A DNA stretch of 64,000 nt from Lytechinus pictus (Eukaryota). The notes below the pieces were generated by a model. The model did not search any database and had not been told where the DNA came from. It was given only the letters and a program-made list of their open reading frames with translations. This document shows positions 44,707 through 59,900 of this stretch, one piece after another. The stretch spans positions 22,446,001 through 22,510,000 of the forward strand of contig NC_087251.1 of NCBI RefSeq assembly GCF_037042905.1, given 5' to 3'. The position numbers and the translations under genes were made by a program. Numbering within the stretch: position 1 is the stretch's first letter; the number at the start of each line of letters is the position of its first letter.

Positions 44707-46402
44707 GCCCTAGAAGGGGTAGGTAGAGGAGTAGGTTGTGGAGGAGGAGGATAATATCAGCAATTAGTAGTCTAGTAGCAGCAACATCAAGATTTGTAGA
44801 AGTACAAGTAAAAGTTGTTGTAGTTGTAGCAGTAATCAAGAAGAATGAATTAGTGGCGATTTAATTATGAAACAAGTACTATAATTTCAGAGAGTTTGAA
44901 AGTACAAGTCAAGCTGGTACTGACGCGATAGAGTAGGGAGGGGGGGGGGGCCAAGTATAGCCAACATGTTGAAATCAATGAAGACGTAACGTGATAAAAG
45001 GAGTTGTCAAGTGCGTCTTGACAATATTTGATTAGTACATGTATATAGCTTTCGTTTGAATTGAATTCCTTTTGTTTGTTTCAACTCGCTTTTCGAACAG
45101 AAAGAAGACAAACATAGCCAGTGTTGTGTATGCTAGAGTTCGTAAAGTTGTACATGACTTTCAGAACAAGTGGAATACCAAGTGCCAAATTATGACCTCA
45201 TGAAATATTAACAAACTAAGGAATTGTTTCACTTATTGCGGAATAAAATGGGGTTAGGCTATAGGGGAACATGTTGGCAGGGGCGCGGTCGCCTCTCTGA
45301 CATTAAAAAAAGGGAAAAGAATCTCGAAGAAGGAAGAAAAGAAAAAGAAGAGTATCAAAAAGAGAGGCCTGAGTCGTGTAACTTTATGCAACCCAGGTTG
45401 TTCCATTGAGAAGCTAAGTGACACCACATTGAGGTCATCTCCCCCTAAAATAAAAATAAATACCCTGGCACCGTCCCTGTGAAAATATGCTTTGCCTCAT
45501 TTGCAAATTGCAACAAATTTTAGCGAATGTTTTTGCCTTCCATAAGTCCTATTCCAGCCGTCTTGGTCGTGTGCCATATTTGGTGTGTTTACAAACAACT
45601 TTATGAAACAGCCGATAGCATTCTTTTGAGGTTTTACCCCTGTGAATGGGAAATTGTCTGGGTTTTCTTCTACTTGTAATGCAAATTATGAATCTTTCAA
45701 ATTTGAACCAAATAATAATAATAAGCATCATCGCAATATTTGTCATATTTTTCCATTTATATTTCTTGAAGGAAGTACTATATTGTTTGATGTATATGTC
45801 GAAAGGTTTCACCATGGTCGAGGTTTCGAACGAGAGGAGTAGGTGTTACGTAATCAAGATCAACATTGACAATGGTATTTACCGAAGTGATGGTTGAAAT
45901 ATGATGCTTGATGCGAGGCCTGTAAACATCGTCAAACCAAACACATTACTGCTGCAGCGCTTGTTTGGCGAATATTTGCGTTTACAGCTTTCACCCTTCA
46001 AGAGTGAATTACCTTTTTATTCATCCAATCATGCCTTTAGAAATATTGTATAGGTTTTCCAGTTATGATGAACAGAGTTAATGAATGTCCATTGGATAGT
46101 GACGTCGATGACTTTCTTTCATTGAGTTTGGTTTCGTGTGTTTTTGATGCACGTTAATCACGTGAAGTTAATGAGGAGCAAATTTACTTCAAAAATCCAT
46201 GTTGTATATGGATGTCATACGTTCTTTAGCTCAACCAGTGTTGATAACACAAATAATTATCTTGTAAAAACCCACAGCTTGTTAGTCACGTAACCTGTCA
46301 GTTTGACAGCACGCAAGGTTTTGAGAAGACACATATATCATTTTATGTAGCGCGAAGTTTCAACACAAAGCGTGTATCTGACATGGTAAAGAAGCTGAAC
46401 TG

Positions 46403-46548
46403 GGGAGCGTTTCATCAACGTTTTTGTCCGACAAGTTGTCAGATCTGACAACTTTCCTTGATACTGATTGGCTGAGAGGTACTGTTACTACGGTAATTGT
46501 CGGATGAAACAGGACTTGTCGGATAAAATCCTTTCATGAAACGCTCCC
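46403..46548. mobile_element. Harbinger-type MITE (CWG target)
   Basis: TIR GGGAGCGTTTCAT(C/G)AA; flanks CTG/CCG; internal TTGTCCGACAAG and TTGTCAGATCTGACAA palindromic motifs. Confidence 0.85.
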
Positions 46549-48929
46549 CCGGTCTTTTGTAACATCATTGGCAACCCCGGCAAATGAATACCAATCCCTA
46601 TGTTCCAATTTGTAAGGTTTCTAGAGATGTTAAATCTTTATAAACACATGTTAAATAAACGATCGCGTTACGGTTGTTGATCGCCATTTGATCACCGTTT
46701 GAAATGGGAAGAACCTCTATAAGTGAAGGTTTGAATCATATGGTAGTCTTCTGTGGTATTGGTTTGCCCTTTTAAAGAAAAAAAATAATGCATTTGCTCG
46801 TCAGTATTCACTTCCAGACTGGCAAAATGAATTCCACGAGATCAGTTATGGTTACATGGATATGAAAGAATGAAATACCGTACCTATCAGATACAAACTG
46901 GGTTAAATTGGTAGAATCATGTTTTAGTAAAGTTTCCCAATATTATCAATTATATTGTAATTATTTGAAATGATAACAAATTTCAGTTTGCTGTATGGGG
47001 GGGGGGGGGGGTGAGTGGACTGCAAGTTTTGCGTCATTATCTGAACAACCATCGAGAGTGCCATGTTCCGATTTCTGAGATATAGGACTAAAGCGAGACG
47101 TATATATTGAAAAGAGGGGCAGTGTCGCGTTGGCAGCATCAAAATATAATGTTGTAGATACAAGAGAATATATGCTTTAAGGTACAAGAAGGCCCTATTT
47201 CATAGAGTGAAAATAAATTTGAAAAAAAAAAAAAAGTTGGGATATTGTACAACTGTAATACAAGCCCTTTCGTTCCAAACTCTTTGTTTCTTCTCATTCG
47301 AATTCCTTTCCTTCTTTGTTTTCCCCTTTTGTAGAGCTAGAAAAAGAAATCACCTGGGCGGTCGATCCTTATCATTCCCTGTAACGCCACTACGCCAGAT
47401 TGAGAGTGTATTATTTTGTGATGGATGGTGTTGTCAAAGAATGTAGTATTTATGCTTCTCATGTGGACGTACAACGTGATGGCAATGACGATGATAATAA
47501 ATTGGGCATGGCTGTAGATCGATCGTATAGAAGTGCACTATGTTCTGGAACGAGGGGGGCGGAAGGGGCGAACTTTCCATATTCTGGTAGATAATTATCA
47601 ATAGATGTATACATTCAGGGAATAAAATTTTACTTCTCAAATTTGATTAGCGTTTCTGATTGTAAGAGGAAAGCTTTCAACTGTATGTTCTTTGTAGTCG
47701 TGTATGGTAAAAAAAAATGCTACACAATAGAAATTCTGTGTAGCAGTCATTAAAAAATGTGGAGCAAATAGCAATACAATCGATACAGGGGACATTATTC
47801 CCTGACTTCGCATTAATGTACTAACTCATATTTTCTTCAACGATCGAATGGTTTATCGTTACTGAGTTTCCGTTCCTCCATATGCTGCTTTCAGTTTCAG
47901 ACTGAGAAGGGGGAAGTGTCTGTATTTGGTTTTAAAAGAAAATATAAATGGCTAGAGAAGGAGATGGAGAGACAGTAAACGAGAAGAGAAAGAGCAGGAA
48001 AACATTATCCTTCTGATCATTTTTTTTCTACCACCACGTTCTGATCTATTCGTCAATGTCACTTTTTGCTGTTGTGAAGACCACAATCTCACAGCTCTGT
48101 ATTACTTCAGAATTTGAAATAGGGATGTTCATGTGTATGTCGATCCCCTTATGGTAACGCCTTACCCACGGGGAAATGCAAAGTAACGAAATCGGCTATG
48201 ATGGTTGGCGATTATTTTGATGGAGATGCTTTGACATTTGTGAGAAAGGGATAATGGGGAAGAATCTTGCCCATTCCAATTTCCAATAATGATATTCTAC
48301 ATGATGACATGTGTAAGTTCTGTCGCATTGAAACATCGAATCTGGAATATTATAATCGCCAGACGTCAATGGTGATGGAGAATTTAGATGAGGATGAGAT
48401 GTAGATTTGGATGTATGTATTTTTAAGGTAAGTGTGTGTCAGAATTACATCGATCTATAGGGTCCGCCGATTCCTCGATCGATATGAAGTCCGGTGATTT
48501 GAGTGAAACAGCGGACTCTATATATACGTTGAGCACACTGTACAGAAAAAAAACATATGACCAAATCAAGACCAGTGATGAGGATGATGATAATGAAGAT
48601 GATGGTAATACTGCTGATGATGGATGATGCTGAAGACAAAGTTGATGATCATGATCATTATACTGAAGAAGAAAAATATGAGCGATGATGAGGAAATGGA
48701 TGATGATATTGGTGGTGGTTGTGGTTATGACAGCGACGACAAATTAAAATAGAGATATATAGATAAGGAAAAGAAGGATTATAGAGGATGGAGTGAATGA
48801 GAAGGAGAAGGCAAGAAGGTAAAGAATAAAAGAGAAAAAAGGAAAATAGTAATAAATAATGAGACGAAGAAAAAGAAAAGGAAGATGAGGGGGAGGAAGA
48901 AGTAGAGTGAAAAGAAGAAGTGGAGTGAA

Positions 48930-48930
<1 letters not shown>

Positions 48931-48961
<31 letters not shown>

Positions 48962-48967
48962 AAGAAG

Positions 48968-49057
<90 letters not shown>

Positions 49058-49090
49058 AAGAAGAAGAAGAAGAATATGATGATGATGATT
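48931..49090. repeat. Compound (GTA)n/(GAA)n microsatellite
   Basis: Seen directly. Confidence 0.95.
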
Positions 49091-52000
49091 AATTGATTAT
49101 GTGGAGGAGGAGGAGAAAGAAGAATAAGATGGATGCGTTTTGAGCGCTTTTCTGCAATGATCTGTAGATCTTATGCAATAAGATAGTCCAAACCTTGAAT
49201 AAATTCTCAAGGCAAATCTTACATTACGATTATTATGAATCTGATTTCCTTTTAATGAAACCGAGATGACCCTCATAATCGGTTCAATGGCAATGATTAA
49301 AAAAATAAAGGTGGTATATTCTTCCCGATTATATTTACGAGAAAGGAAAGAAGAGGATGTAACATAGAATATTAAAAGATTAGGAATAATCCAAGAGTGA
49401 ACATTTTAGTACAAAAATGTTCTTAGTGCCTGTTTCTCTTGTTTCATAATTATATTCTGAGAAAGCGAAGTTGAAGTGGGGATGGTGCGAGAGAGAGAGA
49501 GAGAGAGATGAGAGAAAGGGGGGGGGGGAGGGGGGGGTAAGAGAGAGAGGGACAGAAAGGGGTGTAGGAAGGGAGAACAGATGGATGGTGGCTGCAAAAG
49601 AATTAATTTACTGCCGAACATGTCGAAGAGAGCATGGATACCAACATCTAAGAATGATGAAGAGTGGAATATTCATGAAGGAGGAAGTGGGTTGGGAGAT
49701 GGCGGGGGAATCATAAAATGACTAGTGCAAGTGCAATGGGGAAATAGGGGTACTCTGGATTCGAAAGGGAGTAAGGGGTTAATCACTCTGGTAGGGGCAA
49801 TGGCGTAGTGATGGTCCAAATATACAAGATTGAATAAACAGTTTGAGTGAAGGGGTGCAGTTTTTTCCCTGTCCGTTTTCCCTTCGAAAGTGGGCTTGGT
49901 TCTCCCATTTTGAATTACTTGGGGAAATAATACCGTAAAAAGCAAGATGTCATCATAAAAATACACAACAAAAACTTTTGGTGCGTAAAACTGATCAGAG
50001 AATATTCTTCATCTGTTTTAAAGGTAAGCAATGAAAACATATGACAGTGATAAGAACAACCAGTGAGTCAGAATACATTGTTGATTGATTAATGAAACAA
50101 ATGAAACGAAAGTGCTGGGGTAAGAAACGTCTTCATTTTTAAGATTTATTGATATCAGAGTCTCGAACTTTTATTTCTGTGTCCTTTATCGGTACATTGC
50201 AAATAATTAATTTGTTTTCTCTTATAAAGTAGGTCACCTTGGTATTTCTGTATCGACTGGAGACTTAGATTTATTCCAAAGAGCTAATGCTTGGTATTTA
50301 TATTTGATGTATTGTAATCATTCTTTATTCATCCCATGTTACTTCATTAGTAGGCCTATATATTCTACCATAATTTTAATGATTTTGAAAAGGATACCTC
50401 TCCACCCCTTCTCATATTAGAGAGAGAGAGAGAAAGAGAGAGAGGGGAAGGGGGGGGGCAAGAGGGCAGATGTAATTTATGTATGCCTTTATTTTTTTCA
50501 GAGTTTTGATATTGTATAAATATTTTTGTCATGGTTTTATTAGTAAATAACAAGTAAATAGGAATATCAAACTGGACATGCTTGAAATTTTACAAAAACG
50601 CACTTTTTTTATCTTGCAGGAAAAACTGTTTGATGGGCAATAGGACATAACACAGTAGACATGCACTTTAGTTATCCTCATATAGTTTATGAAGATTGTT
50701 CACAAACTGCATGACTGTCCAAAACCATGCCGAATAACCTTGCTTTTTTTACCTCAGGAATACCGACCTTGTACCGCTTTTGATAGAAGTTGTAAACGGA
50801 TAATCATATCGTGGTATTTGTTATGATAACATGACCCAGTGCATCTTGTTTTTTAATGAATGATTGGTTGTTTGAAATAGACCTTTCTTTTATGAAGATT
50901 CGATTGCTTTTTAGTATTTCATTCTCATGCAATAAAAGTTTCAAGGGCATCCAATTGTCTCACTTCTCTTTCTTGTTTTCCTCTGATATTTAAGGACACA
51001 AAATACTATTTTGTTGACGATCAATGCTTATTATGTCTTCATGATAATATGTTATGATCCTAATGCATCCATACATGTGCACGCCAAACACAGGATGTCC
51101 TACTATTACATGATTTAGATTATTTTAAAAGGAAATAATTATGTATCAACTTTTGACAATTGAATTAAGAACACCGTACATTAATTTGAAAAAAAAAGGT
51201 ACGATTAAAATAGTGAGTAAAAGAAAAAATCGATAAAAAAAGCCCATGAAGTGATTTTACATGTTTTGCTGAGTAACCTGGTTAGGAATAATGCTTGCCA
51301 AGTTCTTTTGCGAGAAAAAGAAATATATATGTATTTTAATACAATGCAGATCTAATATCCCAAAGGGTAGTCCCTGCTAATTAGCATTCCATAGTCCAAA
51401 TTCATTTTGATTGTAATAAATCGGTCCAAAGTGTCGGGTCAGGGATGCATGAGGAAAGGAATTGGTCTTTGGCCTGCTTGGACTTTTTGTCTAACTATTG
51501 TGTTCTCCTCCTCTCATCAAAATTTATATCACATTGTGACAAAATACCCAGACGCTTTTCACAGGTTCGAATTTTGATTTACCGCAATTAACCCAAGCTA
51601 GGTTGTGATTGTGCAGATGTGTTTTTCCCAGAAATATTGGAGCTCGTGTGAGAAAAAAATAAATCAATTAAACGTGTATTTCTGTTGGTTTATATAACGC
51701 TGATTAAACGTCATGCCTTATGTAACATCACTTAGTTGTATTTACCATGCTTACAGACAGAGATTGTAATTAACAAAACTGTTAATTGCTTTTTTCTTCC
51801 CATCATTCTTTCACACTCTCTCTCTCTTAATAAAGCTTGTATAACGAGGCATGAAATAAAATAGCATATTAAAGCGATGACGAAAATATTCATACCACAA
51901 ATCTTTATTTTTAAGTCTTAGTTAAACCCTGATGAAATTTTCAAGCTTTCGATAAACTGTTTGACCTTTGCGACCTATTTAACTTTTAATTCGTCTATTG

Positions 52001-52459
52001 ACATTTAATTCATGTTCCACGTATGCGTTATGCACTATTCCGTGTAACATCGATATTTTACTAACGATTTTTATATTTGTCCATTGCCATACTGTCATGA
52101 TAGTTAAATACTTGATCACCATCACGATCATGTCATACAAAGACAGACAACATTATGCGTGCATGGTTATCGATCCACCAAGATGGAATATGTCCGCGCC
52201 AAAAAAGGTGAACAAATCAAAGTGATCGATAGCTGGAAGCGATAACACCCAAGGACGGTTGTGCGATCGGAGTGTCATTTCACGGATGTTTGCGAGTAGT
52301 CGTGACTGTCAATAAATGATCTTCCTTCAAAGTCGCAGTAAAACTACCGCGATTTGTCGTCAGTAATGTTCTTTTAATATTTATATGTCTTGTTGATTGA
52401 ACGGTTAAGGAGCATTGGTTTGTATTTTGATTGTGTCGATATTGTATTATGCTGTCTAT

Positions 52460-54080
52460 TCCTACGTCTACCTTTACGTCCCATTCCATGTATACTTAAA
52501 CTTTCTTTTATATTTTCACACCTACATGTGTACTTCTACGTCTACTTCTACATCTACGTTTATTTCTACAACTATGTCTACTTTCTACGTATACTTCTAC
52601 ATCTACGTCTACATCTACTTCTACATCTACGTCTACATTTATGTTTTCCTTTACATCTAAGTCTACTTCTACGTCTACATCTACGTCTACTTCTACATCT
52701 ACTTCTACATCTACGTCTACTTCTACATCTACTTCTACATCTACGTCTACTTCTATATCTATTTCTACATCTACGTCTACATCTATGTTTTCCTTTACAT
52801 CTATGTCTACTTCTACGTCTACTTCTACCTCTACGTCTACTTCTACATCCACGTCTACTTCTTTATCTACTTCTACATCTGCGTCTCTTTCTACATCTAT
52901 GCCTGCTCCTTCATCTATATCTACTACATCTATTTCTACATTTATATCTAATTCCACATCTACTTCTACTTCTACTTCTACTTCTATATCTACTTCTATA
53001 CAACAAAGTCTACTTCTACATCTAAATCTACTTCTACATCTACGTCTACATCTATTTCTACTTCTACTTCTATTTCTTCATCTACGTCTACTTCTACATC
53101 TATACTTCTACATCTATTTATTACTTCTGCAGCTACTTCTACATCTACTTCTACATCTACTTAATTCTACATCTCATTTTACATCTATCTCTACTTCTAC
53201 ATCGACTTCTATATCTACGTCTACTTCTACATGTATTTTTACTTCTACATCTCTGTCTCTTTCTACATCTATTTCTACTTCTAAATCTAAGTCTACTTCT
53301 ACATCTACGTCTACATCTATCTATGTCTACATCTACAATGATGTCTACATCTACATCTATGTATACCTTTACATCTATTTCTACTTCTTCATCTATTTCT
53401 ACGTTTACGTCTAATTCTTTATCTGTTTCTACTTCTACATCTATTTCTGCGTTTACATCTACGTCTACCTCTACATCTACTTCCACTTCTATATCTACGC
53501 CTACTTCTACATCCATGTCTACTTCTACGTCTACTTCTACCTCTTCGTCTACTTCTACATCTATTTCTACCTCTACATCTATGTCGACTTTTACACGTCT
53601 ACTTCTACATCTACGTCTATACATTTATATCTACTTCTACATCTCCGTCTACTTCTACATCTATGTCTTCTTGTACATCTACGTCTACTTGTACATCTAC
53701 GTCTACATCTGCGTCTACTTCTACATCTATTTTTACTTCTACATCTATGTGTACTTCTACATCTCGGTCTACTTCTATATCTATTGTACTTCTATATATA
53801 CGTCTACTTCTACATCTACGTCTACATATATGTGTACTTCTATATCTACTTCTACCTCTGTTTTAACGTTTGCATCTATAATTCTACATGTACGTCTAAT
53901 ACAAAATCTATGTATTTTCCAAGTCTACGTCTACTTCTGCATCTACGTCTGCTTCTACATTTTATGTCTACTTCTAAATCTACGTTTACTTCTAGTCTCT
54001 TCCTATACCACGAAGGACAGTCTCATTCTACCCCTCCTCTTTTATCTACTGATTTTTTACGTCTTTTTCTGTGTCTACTT
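52460..54080. repeat. Long degenerate hexanucleotide repeat (TCTACA/TCTACT/TCTACG)n
   Basis: ~1.6 kb of in-register TCTAC(A/T/G) units. Confidence 0.95.
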
Positions 54081-56085
54081 TTGTATCTCTAGTGCAAAGA
54101 AAACGTATAACGTATATGAATATAAGTTTATAAGTATTTAACAGCAAATACATGTAGTTTATACAGGAACAAGTATAGCATAGTAGAAGTGACCACAGAA
54201 CTGCTGCTTCTACAGTGATATGTGTCATCGCACCCCTTCTTTCTCCTTTTTGTATGTGTGTAGCCCGATATCCTTCACATTCTCGACCGACCATCATTTT
54301 ATTTATACTTACCTAAATGTTTTCGTTGCATATCTGAGTCAACTTCGCCAACAATCCACTGCGGAAATTTGACTTTTCGGTCTGTTCCATCATTATGCAC
54401 GTTATTTGTTCAGGCGCTCATCAAAGGATGTAGGCGCTATGTCAGCCTTTGGGCATCATGCTATTTCATCCCGGGTGCCATCCATTCACCCATTGGAGAA
54501 ACACGACAAACTATAATTGGTAATGAAGTGAACACGAAAGCTTGCACTCTATAAACAGGGATTTAAAATAAAGCAAGATCGGCTTTGAACAAAGGCCAGA
54601 TGTAGGCCCTACTGTGAATTCAAATTTAAATCCTTAAGATTTAGTTTAAAATCTAAAATTATTTGAAACGAGATTCAAAGTTCGGATAGACAATTTTATA
54701 GTAAGATATTAACAATAAATAATGAAAACGTAACAAAAGCTATGATTATATTTCAAGAGTATTACACCAAAACCCTATTACACTAACCCTAACCCTCGTA
54801 CAGTTCAGACTAAATATCGTTAGCATCCTCATTCATATTATTCTTAACGTATCTTTATTATGTTTCCAAAGTGCCATCACAAGCAGACTACGGTGTAAAT
54901 ACTTACCTTCTTTCTGTACTTTTGATTTAATATAACTTTTTTTCTTTCCTAAACTCTATATGTATATACAAGCCTGCATTTTCCACAGAGGTGAAACAAA
55001 CACAAACTACATCAGTACTCAACAAGGAGAAGCTCACAGGCGCTAATATATGCTTTTGCAAATATTAACCCAACCAAGTGGGCGATCGAATTGTATGAAA
55101 GGGATACCCCTTTCCTCGGCCCTTCTTTTTTCCCCCCACGAAGGGACGCATAATCCCCGTGAACGCTGTTTGAATTAGGCAGAGCATCCTGACCTTTTTC
55201 GCGTTAATTCGTCGGCAAGAAATCCCGAGTTTTTGGAGACGACACAGTCATGTTACCGGAGAAAGCCAGGCTGATATGGATTTAGATTTGATGATTTAGG
55301 GAGACGGGGGCATGTAAATGTTAGATAAAAATAAACAGTTGTACATGGACGTTAGTTGAGCATCAGCATATTGAACTGGAATGAACTGATTTGCTTTCCT
55401 ATTTCGCATGACCGAATTTCACTTTATTGTTTTCCCCTTACATATCCAACATGTTCCCGACGATATATCCACCCCTCCACCCCCCCCCCTCTCTCTCTCG
55501 CAATTTAGGTACACGCGTGTAACTAAAAATCACCAGTAGGAATATGTAATGTGATATTTCTTGGTTGTTGTACCCCTAGAGGATGCCTCTACTTGGTGCC
55601 TCTACATGGGGACTGGGAGTGACCTCTGAATCACTCCTCTTTTAATTTTCAAGTAATGAAAAAGTTGGAGGGCTGGCGTGGGGGGGGGGGGGTAAATAAT
55701 ATACTTGTTGAAAATGAATAAACAAACTAAATGATTAAAAGGTTAAATCAATTATAAAAAAAAGTATGGAAAGATATGACTAGGTCATGCATCTTTTGTT
55801 TATCAAGAAAGAAATCAAATGCATATTGGGGTCTGCATTGTCACATTCCCTTTCAAAGTACATCGGTGATATTTTACTTCACATCTGATATATCTCATTC
55901 ATTATAGATGTAAATGTATATTTCAATAGTTTGTTGTGGTGATTGTGGTGGTGGTGGTGGAGAGGTGTCGTTTTCCAATTCCTAATAGGTGTTTCTACTG
56001 AAGGTTGATGTCCACTGTGTTGAGTCTTTTATACTCCCTTAATGCAGAAAATGTGTCTCAAGGTTTGGATACGACGAAAACAGAC

Positions 56086-56223
56086 ATTCCTCTAGTTTTC
56101 TCGCTTCCCCATAACATAAACAAAGCAATATATTCCTCTAGTTTTCTCGCATCCCCATAACATAAACAAAGCAAGATATTCCTCTAGTTTTCTTGCATTC
56201 CCATAACATAAACAAACCAAGAT
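56086..56223. repeat. 46-bp minisatellite, 3 copies
   Basis: ATTCCTCTAGTTTTCTCGC...CATAACATAAACAAAGCAA at 56086, 56132, 56178. Confidence 0.92.
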
Positions 56224-56553
56224 TAAAATGGTACCGGCAAGACATCCACAGTAGGGCGATACACCTAAATTTGTTATTCCAAAAGTTGATTCCATGGGTA
56301 CCCGTAATGTGGTACCAAGAAATGTGTATGTCGCAAGGACAGATATCCCGTCCACTGATTTACATCTTACGTGATATAGAGGGATGGAAGAGTTTATTTG
56401 TAGATCAAGAGGGCCGTGCCCCCCCCCCCTTCTTTGTTGTTTGTTCATATTTACCAGCAGTTACCTTGTTTGTTTACAATCATTTTAAACAAATTCGTAT
56501 TATTGTATATAGTGGGTAGGTTTTCAATCGATAGGCTGTACAGCTCTGAATAT

Positions 56554-56970
56554 GGTAAATTGCCAATTCGTCTACCTCCAAATCGTCCACTCACCACACG
56601 GTCTTCTTTCATTTAGCCTAATGCCATTCCGTCCATCAACATTCCGTCTAACAACCATTTGGTCCAATAACCATTTAGTCCAATGATCACTTCGTCTTAT
56701 CACCATTTCGTCTATGACCATTTCGTCTCATTACCAGTTGGTCTAATATCCATTTCATTGTCATTCATTTTGCACAATTAACATTTTGTCCAATTAGACC
56801 AAATGGTATATGGACTAAATGGCTATTGGACCAACTGGTAATTAGACGAATGTTGAGTGGACAATGGGCAATTAGACCATGTGGATAGTGGACGAATTGA
56901 TGGTAAACCAAATGACAGTAGACGAGTTGACAATTGGACGAATTGGCATTGGGCGAATTGGAAATAAACC
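56554..56970. mobile_element. Foldback/MULE-like non-autonomous element with short internal tandem repeats
   Basis: Termini GGTAAATTGCCAATTCG / CGAATTGGAAATAAACC; CATTTCGTCTA-type repeats on the left arm and TAGACGAA-type on the right; 9-bp flanks TCTGAATAT/CTTGAATAT. Confidence 0.78.
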
Positions 56971-59900
56971 CTTGAATATCACGGATCAACCAGAATAATG
57001 CATGGATTCTGAGGGGGTCAGAAAAGTGAGAAGAATGACACTTGAACAGATTAGATGAGAAATCAATGAAAAGGGATAATTTAAAGGGGTATCGAGTAAT
57101 AGAGAACGATGTCATGCTCTATCGTAGATCGTTATTCTACAAATTGGGAGCAAAATTAAAGTTGAACTCTTGGGGTGTGGTCATGTTAGTTGCTCTTCAT
57201 TTTGTGCTAACACGAGGGAAGGTATGACTTTGACGACAGCATTCATACATTCTTGCAAATTAAGCATGCGCAGATCGACTTGATCGGAATCTACCATCCT
57301 CTTCAAAACACGACTGAAGGCAAATGGGATAGTTGAATCAAATATTGATTGATATGCGCATGTTCAGTTCTGTGTTTATGTGGTCTGAGCATGCGCAAAA
57401 TTGAACTGTTAGAGAAATGTGTGCACACACTGCATGTTTTCTAAATGTTTAGATAATAAAATGATAAAAGGCTTTATACTTGTTCATTTTATTCAAGTCA
57501 ATTTGATATCTTATTTAACATAATATTGAAATCATGATATTTTCTGAGAGTATAAAAATAAAAAAATAAATTATTGATTACTTCCCCACTTTCTCGGTGC
57601 AAAATATCAGACGAAACAATTATGTATTACATTATATGTCATTATGTCATTTCTTTAATATCAATCAGTAATCGTGATGACGGTTTCAATATTTTCTTGC
57701 TAATTTTAATTTCTCCGATTAAATATTGTGAGTACTATAAAGAAGACGATGCTCTTTCGTCGTGCTGAACTAATGGCCATTCCAAATGTTAACGACTTCG
57801 ATTGAACTTCCCTATAGTCATGATAATCATGACAATAGTGTTGATATGTGTACTGAGGGCAATTCGTTTTTTTAGGGGGGGGGGTGGCCTCTGCCCTAGA
57901 ATGCTCACAAAATGTGTATTCGAATATCAATATAATTTCTTTTAACATCCTGACCATTTGATTTCTTCATACATTTTATAAAAGGTTTAATTATCTGACA
58001 AAAAAGATCGATTTCTGTTCACTCGCTTCTCCCTTGCAAAATTATCGACAAATAATATAATACGTTTGATATTTTTTTTCTTCTTTTTAGTACACCGTAT
58101 AAGTTACCCCTCAATATATTTGCCTCATTACGCTTGTAGAAGTTTTCTGTTCAGAATGAGAAACTATGATTAGTAACAATTAATTCTTGTTGTGGGAAAG
58201 GATTTACATAATTGATAAGGAATCGATATGGAATGATTTCATGACCCCTGCCAATTTCGATGTAGTAGACTTGTTAACTGCAAAAAGGGGTGAACGCTGC
58301 ATTTTTTAGTACAAATGTGCCTCTTGGCATGTATATTCCTTTAACCCATTGGAAAATTTTTATCCAAAGAGACACCCTGCATCTATGCAAATTAACCCTA
58401 ATTAGCATAAATTATGTAAATTAGCCTCTAAAATGAGTAATTTACTAAAAACACTTGTAAAAATGTAAAGCTACTTCATAGAAATGTCAAATTTGATGCA
58501 AAGCGTTTGTGGAAGTAGCAAAAGAAAACTAATGAAAAAAAATGCAGTAACCATACATTTCATTACCTAATTTGCATAAATTATACACCTTTCAATCAAA
58601 AGTGCCCCTTTTTCAAATGATTCTGGATAATCTGAATTGAATAAAAGTATCAATAAATGTGGTATGTAAATAATGAATGGTAGAAATGTGTCTTAGGGTC
58701 TGGGAAAGACATTGGACAAACGAACTTTTTTTAAATATGCAAATAATCCCTAATTACCATAATTTATGCATAAAACTGCAAAATGCTCTGAACATTAGAA
58801 AAACCGCTTTAATAGTAAAACATGTCTTACTCGTGACAATCTAATGATGATGAAAGGAAAATAAACTATACATGAGAAAACTATATCTTTGTAATTTTCA
58901 ATATTTGCGTTAAATTAATTTGTTTGTGATATTCAGTGCATAATTTGCATAAATTAGTACTATATTAAGCTTTTGTGTGATTTTGAATGATCTAAACTTA
59001 ATAAATAATTATATATGTGTTAAATAGGGTTATTATAAAGTATTCGGGCACAAAGAATTCACTACATCTATGCAAATGACCACTTATTACCATAAATACA
59101 TATTAATGAGTTTACCTATACTAATTCCATGAGTAGTGTAAAAAATGAGCCATTTTAATCAGTACTAACGTTCTATGGATGGAGGAAAAGAAAACATTTA
59201 CCAACGAGCTGTTTATCCATCCATATTGTCGTCTAATTTGCATAAATCATCATACATTATGCAAATTATGCAAACATAAAATGGCTAATTTTCGCAGTTT
59301 ATACCTGATTCCCAATCAAAATTCTGGCACAATTAAAACTAAAGTTCAATATGACATGAAGAGACAAGTAAATACAAAGAGAAATAGTTTGTTGGGTGTA
59401 TAGAACTACACAACTTTTCATATCATGCTAATTACAATTGGTATAATTATATAGTTTCAGACAGTGTTATTTAATTGCTTGTATCAACTAAATTGATTCT
59501 CTTCTAACATATACATGGGATTATATTTACAAAAATTGGTCCCACAGTTAAAGAAAATTTTAGAGTTTTAGAGTTCATAGTCTGAAACTTTTATATTTTC
59601 CTAAATGATGCGATGCCACAATTAGCAAAACAACTTTTATATTTATGAAACCTCCTCTGCTCTTGGTAAAATTAGAAAAAGACGGAAAAGGGTATTATTG
59701 TAGTTTTAGTATTGAATTAATTTTTGTTCTGGTTTCTGTGAATGCGTATTTTGAGCCATGTTTACTCAAATGAATTACTTACATACGATGTTATTTAAGG
59801 AACTCTGCACTTCAAACATTTTCTTGGTCATGCTTTAATAGTTCCTACTTTGTATTATATGTAACATTATATTCAGTCAATTTATTTCTTGTTATGCATG

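Noticed and set aside
52390..54141. Long Ser/Thr-rich and other ORFs as mucin-like genes
   Set aside because: By-products of a hexamer repeat lacking stops in several frames; frames shift and there is no signal or splice context.
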